DNA of 32,000 nucleotides from Pseudomonas aeruginosa (GTDB lineage Bacteria; Pseudomonadota; Gammaproteobacteria; Pseudomonadales; Pseudomonadaceae): NCBI RefSeq assembly GCF_001457615.1, contig NZ_LN831024.1, positions 2,700,001 to 2,732,000 of the forward strand, read 5' to 3'. Shown piece by piece: positions 23,579 to 32,000 of this stretch (position 1 is its first letter; each line of letters starts with the position of its first letter). The notes under the pieces were generated by a model. It saw only the letters and a program-made list of their open reading frames with translations, ran no database searches and was not told where the DNA came from. The position numbers and the translations under genes were made by a program.

Positions 23579-25159
23579 ATGTCTGCCGTTTCCACCTCGT
23601 TGTTGCTTTTCCTCAACCTGCTGACCCCGGCCCAGGCCGCCCAGCCCGTGCCGCTGGCCGATGGCCGCATCGAGATCGCTGCCGGCGAGAGCCGCCAGCG
23701 CTACCTCGACCTTGCCCCCGGCGAGTTGCAGTTGCTCGACCTGGAGGTCGACCGCGGCCGCGTCCGCCTGCGCGCCACCACGCCCGACGGCAAGGCGTTG
23801 CGCGCGACGGAGCTGGCCGGACGCCAGTCGCTCGGCCTGCAGGCCGGCGAGCGCCAGGGCCTGCGCCTGACCTTCAGCGCCGACGAAGACACCGCACTGA
23901 CCCTGATCCCCACCCAGCGCCTCACCCCGCAGACCCCGGCGCTTGATTCGCCGGCGCCGCAGAGCCCGACCCTGCAACGCCTGCAGGCGGAGCTTGCGGA
24001 AAAGCGCCCCGGCGCGCTGAAGGCGTTCTGGAAGCAGGTGGCGAAGCAGGGCACGCCGCTGGTGGAGCCGCTGGATGCCGAACGTGTGCTGGTCACCTTC
24101 CTCTGGCGCCAGCAGCGTCCCGGCGACGTGCGCCTGCTGTGGCCGACCCCGGAGGTCAACACCCGCCGCTTCGAGGCCCTGGCCGGCAGCGACGTGCGCT
24201 ACCTGAGCCTGCCGCTGCGCCGCGACGCGCGGGTTTCCTACCAGCTCAGCGCCGACCTGCCGGACCTGCAACAGGCCGATCGCGGCACCTTGCGCCTGGC
24301 GTTGCAGGCGGCGGCGCGGCCGGACCCGCTGAGCCGTACGCCGTGGCTCAACAGCCGCGCGCTGCCGCGGGCCGAGCAGGCCTCGCTGGTGCAGCTCGGC
24401 GGCGCCCCTGCCGAGACCTGGGACCAGCCGCGCAAGGACGTGCCGCGCGGCAAGGTGGAGCGCCTCGGCTATAGCAGCCAGGCCCTGGCCAACCAGCGCC
24501 AGCTGACGCTCTACACGCCGCCGGGCTACGACCCAGAGGGCCAGCGCTATCCGCTGCTGGTGCTGTTCGACGAGGACCACTACGCGCGCGACGTACCGAC
24601 CCCGACCATCCTCGACAACCTGATCGCCGCCGGGCGTATCCGCCCGACCCTGGCGGTGATTGTCGGCAATGTCGACGCCAGCAGCCGGGGCCGCGAGCTG
24701 CCCTGCAACGAGGCCTTCGCCGACATGCTCGCCCACGAGTTGCTGCCCTGGTTGCAGCAGCGCTATGCATTGAGCGAGGAGCCTGCCGATCGCGTGCTTT
24801 CCGGTTCCAGCTACGGCGGGCTGGCCTCGGGCTGCATCGCCTACCGTTATCCGGAACGCTTCGGCAAGGTGCTGAGCCTGTCCGGCTCGTTCTGGTGGGG
24901 GCCGGACGAGCAGCAGCCTCAGTGGCTGGTACGGCAGTTCGCCGCTGGCGAGCGTTTGCCGCTGGCGTTCTTCCTCAGTTCCGGCCTGCTCGAGGAGCCC
25001 GAGGCGGACGGCATTCTCGGCAGCAACCGCAGCCTGCGCGCGGCGCTGCAAGGCAAGGGCTACCCGCTGCACTACCGTGAGTTCCCCGGCGGTCACGACT
25101 ACGCGGCGTGGAGCCTGGAGCTTGCCGAAGGGTTGCAGGCCTTGTTGCCGACGCATTGA
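23579..25159 (+). CDS. Enterochelin-esterase-like secreted hydrolase (Fes/IroE-type alpha/beta esterase with N-terminal domain)
   Basis: Track ORF 23168..25159, trimmed to the ATG at 23579, which follows AAGGGAGA. It has a signal peptide (LLLFLNLLTPAQAAQP). The esterase domain carries a GxSxG-type nucleophile (LSGSSYGGLAS) and C-terminal FPGGHDY. Confidence 0.75.
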   Translation: MSAVSTSLLLFLNLLTPAQAAQPVPLADGRIEIAAGESRQRYLDLAPGELQLLDLEVDRGRVRLRATTPDGKALRATELAGRQSLGLQAGERQGLRLTFSADEDTALTLIPTQRLTPQTPALDSPAPQSPTLQRLQAELAEKRPGALKAFWKQVAKQGTPLVEPLDAERVLVTFLWRQQRPGDVRLLWPTPEVNTRRFEALAGSDVRYLSLPLRRDARVSYQLSADLPDLQQADRGTLRLALQAAARPDPLSRTPWLNSRALPRAEQASLVQLGGAPAETWDQPRKDVPRGKVERLGYSSQALANQRQLTLYTPPGYDPEGQRYPLLVLFDEDHYARDVPTPTILDNLIAAGRIRPTLAVIVGNVDASSRGRELPCNEAFADMLAHELLPWLQQRYALSEEPADRVLSGSSYGGLASGCIAYRYPERFGKVLSLSGSFWWGPDEQQPQWLVRQFAAGERLPLAFFLSSGLLEEPEADGILGSNRSLRAALQGKGYPLHYREFPGGHDYAAWSLELAEGLQALLPTH

Positions 25160-25177
25160 GCCGGCTGGCTGGCGTGG

Positions 25178-25205
25178 GGCGGATAGCCGCTTGCGGTTAT
25201 CCGCC
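25178..25205. repeat. REP-type hairpin after the esterase gene
   Basis: GGCGGATAGCCGC-tt-GCGGTTATCCGCC belongs to the same GGCGGATAAC-type family as the REP pair at 15294..15375. Confidence 0.6.
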
Positions 25206-25351
25206 GTGCCGCGGCCTGGAGATGGGGAAGGCTGTCCGGAGCGTATTCGCAATGCCCACCGCGTTGCGGAATCGGAAAAAATCGTCCAGGGCCATTTGCC
25301 AGCGTCGGCGGATAGGGGACAATCGGCGTTCGCCTCAATCGAACGACAAGG

Positions 25352-26278
25352 ATGTTCTCGATGCGCCGACTCTTGCGCCCGGTATTCTGCGCCGCGCTCT
25401 TCTGCCTGTACCCAGCGCTGGTCCAGGCTGCCGCCGAAAGCGAAATCCTCGGCCTGTTCCAGCGCTGGCAGGCCGCCCACGGGCAACGCAGCGGCAAGGC
25501 CCTGGAAGGGGTCTATGCGCCGCGCCTGGACTACTATGGCCGCGCGCAGACGCGCGAGCGCACCCTCTCCGCCAAGCAGGCCTTCTTCGCCCGCCATCCC
25601 GACTTCGAGCAGCGCATCGTCGCTGCGCCGCAGATCGTGCCGGGCGACCAGGAAGGCCGCTACGAGGTGCGCTTCGTCAAGCAGGTACGCCTCGACGGAC
25701 GCCTGCGCAACTATCCGGGGCTGCTCCTGGCCGAGCGCGCCGGGCCTGGCGATACCTGGCGCTTCGTCGGCGAGAGCGACGAGATCACCCGCTACGCCGT
25801 CGACCCGCGGTACACCCCGCTGGCTCGCGGCCGCTTCGCCGGTACCGAGGCGGACTTCGCCTGGGTAGTGGCCCACGCGCCGAACAGCGCCGCCTTGTGC
25901 GACGAATACGAGGATTGCCGCTGCGACCTCTGGAGCGCCGACGCGCGCGTCCCGCCCAAGCCGCTGGGCAGTTGCACCGGCGCGGTGCTCAGCGTCCTCG
26001 GCGGCCTCGACGACAGCGGCCGCGAGCGCCTGCAACTGCTGCGTACCTGGTGGACCAGCACCTGGACCAAGTCGTCGCTGCTGGAAATCCGCGACGGCGA
26101 GTGGGTGCGGGTGCTGCCGGACATCTCCACCACCTGGGACGACGCCGAGGCCGAACTGGTGCTGTACAAGGCCGACCCGCAGCAGCCGGGCCGGGTGCTG
26201 GTGACCGAAACCGTGATGGACGACGAGGGCGACTGGAGCCACCGCACCCGCAGCGAGGCGCTGCGCCCCGTACCCTGA
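25352..26278 (+). CDS. Secreted hypothetical protein
   Basis: 308 aa with the signal peptide RRLLRPVFCAALFCLYPALVQAAAE. I recognise no domain. Confidence 0.6.
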   Translation: MFSMRRLLRPVFCAALFCLYPALVQAAAESEILGLFQRWQAAHGQRSGKALEGVYAPRLDYYGRAQTRERTLSAKQAFFARHPDFEQRIVAAPQIVPGDQEGRYEVRFVKQVRLDGRLRNYPGLLLAERAGPGDTWRFVGESDEITRYAVDPRYTPLARGRFAGTEADFAWVVAHAPNSAALCDEYEDCRCDLWSADARVPPKPLGSCTGAVLSVLGGLDDSGRERLQLLRTWWTSTWTKSSLLEIRDGEWVRVLPDISTTWDDAEAELVLYKADPQQPGRVLVTETVMDDEGDWSHRTRSEALRPVP

Positions 26279-26359
26279 CGCCGGCCCCTTGGGCTGGGCG
26301 GCGCCAGGCCGTACAATCGACGGCTTTATGGCGAGCGTCGCCGCAGTCCAGGTTCCCGC

Positions 26360-27895
<1,536 letters not shown>

Positions 27896-27902
27896 AGCGG
27901 GC

Positions 27903-29645
27903 TCAGCCCTCGCTGGAATACACCGGCTTGCCGGCGAACCAGGTCTTCAGCACCTTGGTTTCGCCCAGTTGCGTCTCCGGCACCTCGAACACGTCGCGGT
28001 CGAGGACGATGAAGTCCGCCTGCTTGCCCGGCTCCAGGCTGCCGATCCGGTGCTCCAGGCCGATGGTCCGCGCAGCGTTGCGGGTGTAGGCGTAGAACAT
28101 GGTCTGGCGGTCCAGGCGTTCGCCGGCGTTGAGCACGCCCTGCGGGCCCTTGCGGGTCACCGCCTGCTGGATGGCCTTCCACGGCGACAGGCTGGACACC
28201 GGCCAGTCGCTGGCCCCGGCGATGGTCGCGCCCTTGCTCAGCAGGGAGTGCGCCGGGTACTGGTAGCGGTAGGCGAAGGCACTGATATAGGGCTTCATCA
28301 GGTCCACCGTGGTTTCGTCGGCGGCGGCCCAGTACAGCTGCATCGAGGCGATCACGCCAAGCGGCCTGAAGCGCTCGAACTCCTTGGGATTGACCAGTTG
28401 CAGGTGGGTAATCGAATGGGCGATGCCGCTGTCGCGATCGCGCCGCGCCTGCTGCATGCCGTTCAGCGCCTCGCGCACCGCGCGGTCGCCGATGGCGTGG
28501 ACGTGGACCAGCCAGCCGCGGGCGTCGGCGGCGCTGACCAGTTCGCCGAAGTGCGCCGGGTCGATCAGCAGTTCGCCCGTCTTCCTGCTGTTGCGGTAGG
28601 GCTCGAGGAGCGCGGCGGTCTGCGCCGGGTATTCCGGTACGCCGTCGGCGAACACCTTGATTCCCGGCAGGGTCAGGTTGGGGCTGCCGAGGAAGCGCTG
28701 GCGCACCTTGTCCAGCACCTCGAGGTCGGTCGGCCGGCTGCGTGGGTTGGCGACCAGGAGGGCGGCGACGTGGGCACTGAGTTCGCCGCTCTTGGCCAGC
28801 CGCTGGTAGACCGGTAGCACGCCGACGGTGTTCTCGTCGGGCCTGAGGCTGAACAGGGCATCGCCCGGCGAGCCATTGGCGGCCGGGTCCATCCATGCGG
28901 TCAGGCCCAGCGAGTTGCTGTAGCGCACCGCGCTGCGTCCGGCTTCTAGCATCTGTTCCGCGCTCGGCGCCGGCAGTACCGCGAGCACCGCGTCGAGACC
29001 GGCATCGGCGAGGAAGCCGTTGGGGGTGGCGTCGGCGTCGTGGCCGATGGTGTTGCGCTGTTCCTCGGGCAGGGCGCGGACCCGCGCGGCGTCGATGCCG
29101 GCGCGTTTCAGCATGGCGGCGTTGGCCCAGCCGGTGTGGTGGTCGCTACCGATGAAGGCCAGCGGCTGGTCGGCCCATTCGCCGTGGTCGAATCGCGCTC
29201 GGAAGTCCTTGACCTGGCTCCAGTAGGCGGTATGCATGCCGCTGACATTGAGCATGTCGCCATGTCGCGCCTTGCCGTTGTCGCGCCAGGCGCGCAGGCG
29301 CCGTTCCAGTTCGTCGAGGCCGACCTGTTCGTTGCCCATGTCCGCGCCGGCCAGCTCCAGGCCGCCGAACACCGCGTGCGAATGGGTGTCGATCAGGCCG
29401 GGCATCAGGCGCTTGCCGCCGAGATCGACGACCTGGCTGTCGCCATCGGCCAGGGCGCGCAGCCCGGCCTCGTCGCCGACTGCGAGGATCCGCCCGTCCT
29501 CCACCGCCAGGGCCTCGGCGAAGGGTTGCTGCGGATTGGCGGTGAAGATCCTGGCGTTGACCACCAGCAGGTCGGCGGCGCCGAGGGCGTGCAGGGGGAT
29601 GGCCAGGCAGGCGCCGGCGAGGAGGGTGGGAATCCGTTGCTTCAT
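27903..29645 (-). CDS. Periplasmic amidohydrolase-3 (YtcJ-like) metal-dependent hydrolase
   Basis: Track ORF 27903..29744, trimmed to the ATG at 29645 (580 aa). It has a signal peptide (MKQRIPTLLAGACLAIPLHALGA) and the metal motif GLIDTHSHAVFGG. Further amidohydrolase motifs are VHVHAIGD and ASDWPV. Confidence 0.8.
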   Translation of the reverse strand: MKQRIPTLLAGACLAIPLHALGAADLLVVNARIFTANPQQPFAEALAVEDGRILAVGDEAGLRALADGDSQVVDLGGKRLMPGLIDTHSHAVFGGLELAGADMGNEQVGLDELERRLRAWRDNGKARHGDMLNVSGMHTAYWSQVKDFRARFDHGEWADQPLAFIGSDHHTGWANAAMLKRAGIDAARVRALPEEQRNTIGHDADATPNGFLADAGLDAVLAVLPAPSAEQMLEAGRSAVRYSNSLGLTAWMDPAANGSPGDALFSLRPDENTVGVLPVYQRLAKSGELSAHVAALLVANPRSRPTDLEVLDKVRQRFLGSPNLTLPGIKVFADGVPEYPAQTAALLEPYRNSRKTGELLIDPAHFGELVSAADARGWLVHVHAIGDRAVREALNGMQQARRDRDSGIAHSITHLQLVNPKEFERFRPLGVIASMQLYWAAADETTVDLMKPYISAFAYRYQYPAHSLLSKGATIAGASDWPVSSLSPWKAIQQAVTRKGPQGVLNAGERLDRQTMFYAYTRNAARTIGLEHRIGSLEPGKQADFIVLDRDVFEVPETQLGETKVLKTWFAGKPVYSSEG

Positions 29646-29767
29646 GGTGGTTTCCTTTGCTTCTTGGTCTTGTGTAGCGTGGCCCGGGCAAGGCGAGACT
29701 AGCCAAAGCGCCGGCCCGGCAGAACCGGGCGCGACGCACAACACTTGTGCCGGAACGGAAGGAGTCG

Positions 29768-30691
29768 ATGGACAAATTGAATGCCCTGGCGATGTTCGTC
29801 GCCACTGCCGAAACCGGTAGCTTCAGCCGTGGCGCCGAGCGCCTGGGCAAGACGCCCTCGGCGCTGACCAAGGCCGTCGCCCACCTGGAAGCGGAACTCG
29901 GTGCCCGCCTGTTCGAGCGCACCACCCGCAGCCTGGCGCTGACCGAGGCCGGGCAGATCTACCTGGAGGCGGCTCGTCAGTCCCTGGAAACGCTGCGCAC
30001 GGCGGGGCAGGAGATCGAACTGCTGGAGTCGGAGTTGCGCGGCGAACTGCGCCTCGCCGCGCCGCCGTCGTTCGCCGCGGCGTTCCTCCAGCAGGCCTGC
30101 GCCAGCTTCCTCGAGGCGCATCCGCGGATCAGCCTGCGGGTGGACCTCGACGAAACCTTCCTCGATCTCAGCGAAGGCGGCTACGACCTCGGCCTGCGCG
30201 ACGGCCCCATCGACCTGCCGGGGCTGGTGGCGCGGCCGCTGGCGCCGAATCAGATCGTGCTTTGCGCCAGCCCCGCCTACCTGGCGCGGCAACCCGCGCC
30301 GCAAGGCCCGGAGGACTTCGAGCGGCACGCCTGGCTGGTCTTCCAGCACCCTTCGCTGAACCAGAACTTCTGGTGGATGGAGCGCGACGGCGCCCGCCAG
30401 CGTATCGACCAGCCGCGCCCGCGACTGGCCAGCGACAACTACGACTTCCTGCTCGCCCACCTGCTGGCCGGGCTGGGCCTGCAGTTCTGCCCGCAGTGGA
30501 GCGTCGCGCCGCTGCTCGGTGAAGGGCGGCTGGTGCGCCTGCTCGGCGACTACCACTTCGACCCGGGGCCGTTCGGGCCCTCCATCCATGTCCTCTATCC
30601 GGGGCACCGGCGCAACACGCGGAAGGTCCGCGCGTTCCTCGAGCACCTGCGCGCCAGCTTGCAGCGACAGGGGCTGTGCCATCGGCTGTAA
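29768..30691 (+). CDS. LysR-family transcriptional regulator
   Basis: Track ORF 29747..30691, trimmed to the ATG at 29768, which follows GGAAGGAG. It has the HTH MDKLNALAMFVATAETGSFSRGAERLGKTPSALTKAVAHLE. It is divergent from the amidohydrolase gene. Confidence 0.85.
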   Translation: MDKLNALAMFVATAETGSFSRGAERLGKTPSALTKAVAHLEAELGARLFERTTRSLALTEAGQIYLEAARQSLETLRTAGQEIELLESELRGELRLAAPPSFAAAFLQQACASFLEAHPRISLRVDLDETFLDLSEGGYDLGLRDGPIDLPGLVARPLAPNQIVLCASPAYLARQPAPQGPEDFERHAWLVFQHPSLNQNFWWMERDGARQRIDQPRPRLASDNYDFLLAHLLAGLGLQFCPQWSVAPLLGEGRLVRLLGDYHFDPGPFGPSIHVLYPGHRRNTRKVRAFLEHLRASLQRQGLCHRL

Positions 30692-30724
30692 CGCTTCGGT
30701 TACGAGTGGAACGAATTCGTTCCG
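30687..30724. promoter_or_regulatory. Two adjacent 18-bp palindromic enhancer sites (TyrR-box-like, GcsR candidate sites)
   Basis: The sites are TGTAACGcttcGGTTACG (30687-30704) and TGGAACGaattCGTTCCG (30707-30724). The pattern TG[TG]AACG-N4-CGTTMC[AG] resembles TyrR-type boxes. They lie about 150-185 nt upstream of the sigma54 promoter. Confidence 0.6.
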
Positions 30725-30787
30725 ATTGCCGGAAAAACCTTTGCTGTCAGGCGTTTGCGCTCTGGTTCGGGAAATGTCCGGCGGGTC

Positions 30788-30805
30788 TGTAACGAAAGCG
30801 TTCCA
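30788..30805. promoter_or_regulatory. Third enhancer site of the same type
   Basis: TGTAACGaaagCGTTCCA lies about 70 nt upstream of the -24 element. Confidence 0.6.
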
Positions 30806-30870
30806 TGGCGGCCCTGTCCGGGTTTCCCCCGCGCCCGGCCACGCCCCGTGGCGACAGGGTCGGGGCCGCT

Positions 30871-30886
30871 TGGCACCCTGCTTGCT
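30871..30886 (+). promoter_or_regulatory. Sigma54 (-24/-12) promoter of gcvH2-gcvP2
   Basis: TGGCACcctgcTTGCT is an exact match to TGGCAC-N5-TTGCW. It lies 64 nt upstream of the gcvH2 ATG. Confidence 0.8.
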
Positions 30887-30949
30887 ACGGGCAGCCGCAG
30901 AACAAAGTCCCGTCCCGACCGGGCGACCCGCTGACAATGAGGATCCAGC

Positions 30950-31333
30950 ATGAGCAAGTTGCGCTTTACCACCGACCACGAATGGCTGCGCCAGGACGAC
31001 GACGGGCTGCTGACCGTCGGCATCACCGCCTACGCCCAGGACGCCCTCGGTGACGTGGTATTCGTGCAGTTGCCGGAACTCGGCGAACACGCCGCCGGCA
31101 GTGAAGTGGCGGTGCTGGAGTCGGTCAAGGCCGCCAGCAACATCCTGATGCCGCTGGACGGCGAGGTGGTGGCGATCAACGACGCGCTGCCGGACGCCCC
31201 GGAGCTGGTCAACCAGGATCCGCTCGGCGAGGCCTGGTTCTTCCGTTTCCGTCCGGCCGACGCCGGCGCCTGGGAAAAGCTGCTCGACCAGGCCGCCTAC
31301 GACCGCCTGCTGAACGCCAACGCCGACGCCTGA
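30950..31333 (+). CDS. gcvH2: Glycine cleavage system protein H
   Basis: 127 aa with the lipoyl-lysine motif ESVKAAS and a typical GcvH sequence ([28 protein letters not shown]). A GAGGA Shine-Dalgarno is present. Confidence 0.9.
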   Translation: MSKLRFTTDHEWLRQDDDGLLTVGITAYAQDALGDVVFVQLPELGEHAAGSEVAVLESVKAASNILMPLDGEVVAINDALPDAPELVNQDPLGEAWFFRFRPADAGAWEKLLDQAAYDRLLNANADA

Positions 31334-31343
31334 GGATCCCGCC

Positions 31344-32000
31344 ATGACCGATAACCTGAACCTCGGCGCCATCGACCTGGGCACCGACGACGAATTCATC
31401 GCCCGCCATATCGGCCCGCGTGCCGCCGACACCCAGGCCATGCTCCAGCGCCTGGGCTACGACTCGCTGGACGCGCTGATCGGCAACGTGATCCCCGACA
31501 GCATCAAGGGCAGCAGCGTGCTCGACCTGCCGGCCGGCATGGGCGAGGCCGAGGCGCTGGCCAGCCTGAAGGCGATCGCCGCGCGCAATCGCGCGTTGCG
31601 TTCCTTCATCGGCCAGGGCTACTACAACTGCCACACCCCGGCACCGATCCTGCGCAACCTCCTGGAGAACCCGGCCTGGTACACCGCCTACACGCCGTAC
31701 CAGCCGGAAATCTCCCAGGGCCGCCTGGAGGCGCTGCTGAACTTCCAGACCCTGGTCAGCGACCTGTCCGGCCTGCCGATCGCCAACGCCTCGATGCTCG
31801 ACGAGGCGACCGCCGCCGCCGAGGCCATGACCTTCTGCAAGCGTCTGTCGAAGAACCGCACCAGCCAGGCATTCTTCGCCTCCCGCCATTGCCACCCGCA
31901 GACCCTCGACGTGCTGCGCACCCGTGCCGAGCCGCTGGGCATCGAGGTGGTGGTCGGCGACGAGAGCGCCATCGAAGACTTCTCCGCCTACTTCGGCGCG
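31344..32000 (+). CDS. gcvP2: Glycine dehydrogenase (decarboxylating) GcvP, N-terminal 219 codons (3' end beyond window)
   Basis: An ATG at 31344 opens a frame that runs to the window end. It is not in the track because it has no stop. My translation, [25 protein letters not shown]...[21 protein letters not shown], is the conserved P-protein N-terminus. Confidence 0.9.
   Translation, partial: MTDNLNLGAIDLGTDDEFIARHIGPRAADTQAMLQRLGYDSLDALIGNVIPDSIKGSSVLDLPAGMGEAEALASLKAIAARNRALRSFIGQGYYNCHTPAPILRNLLENPAWYTAYTPYQPEISQGRLEALLNFQTLVSDLSGLPIANASMLDEATAAAEAMTFCKRLSKNRTSQAFFASRHCHPQTLDVLRTRAEPLGIEVVVGDESAIEDFSAYFGA

Noticed and set aside
30692-30949. Glycine riboswitch upstream of gcvH2
   Set aside because: I could not recognise the conserved tandem aptamer features. 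The region is instead explained by a sigma54 promoter and enhancer sites. This needs an Rfam scan to be definitive.

Overview
High-GC (about 65-70% by eye) Pseudomonas aeruginosa-type chromosome. From memory, gene order matches PAO1 PA2478 down to PA2445. Core content, left to right: a periplasmic thiol-redox trio (dsbD 3' end, tlpA-like, dsbG); a cytochrome P450; a minus-strand gentisate operon (gtdA, fumarylpyruvate hydrolase, MFS transporter, GST-zeta isomerase, outer-membrane channel) with a divergent LysR regulator; the Fur-controlled ferrioxamine module foxI-foxR-foxA-foxB; a secreted hypothetical protein; then GNAT, methyltransferase, YgdI-type lipoprotein, enterochelin-esterase-like protein, secreted hypothetical protein, gcsR (TyrR-like sigma54 activator), amidohydrolase, LysR regulator, and gcvH2-gcvP2 behind a canonical sigma54 promoter with three palindromic activator sites. 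The accessory part is a roughly 6.4-kb AT-rich island (about 15386-21759), entirely on the minus strand. It encodes an RHS/YD-repeat polymorphic toxin split into two translationally linked ORFs (513 aa and 887 aa), each with its own Sec-type signal peptide. The toxin tip is a 108-aa domain with 11 cysteines, followed by an overlapping zinc-ribbon membrane protein that is the likely immunity gene. Three more small orphan ORFs follow, separated by two copies of a 150-170 bp inverted-repeat (MITE-like) element. No VgrG, PAAR, T6SS chaperone, integrase or tRNA is present. GC mosaicism suggests that both ends of the RHS locus were swapped by recombination. No rRNA, tRNA or CRISPR was seen. The many very long antisense ORFs in the track are high-GC artefacts.
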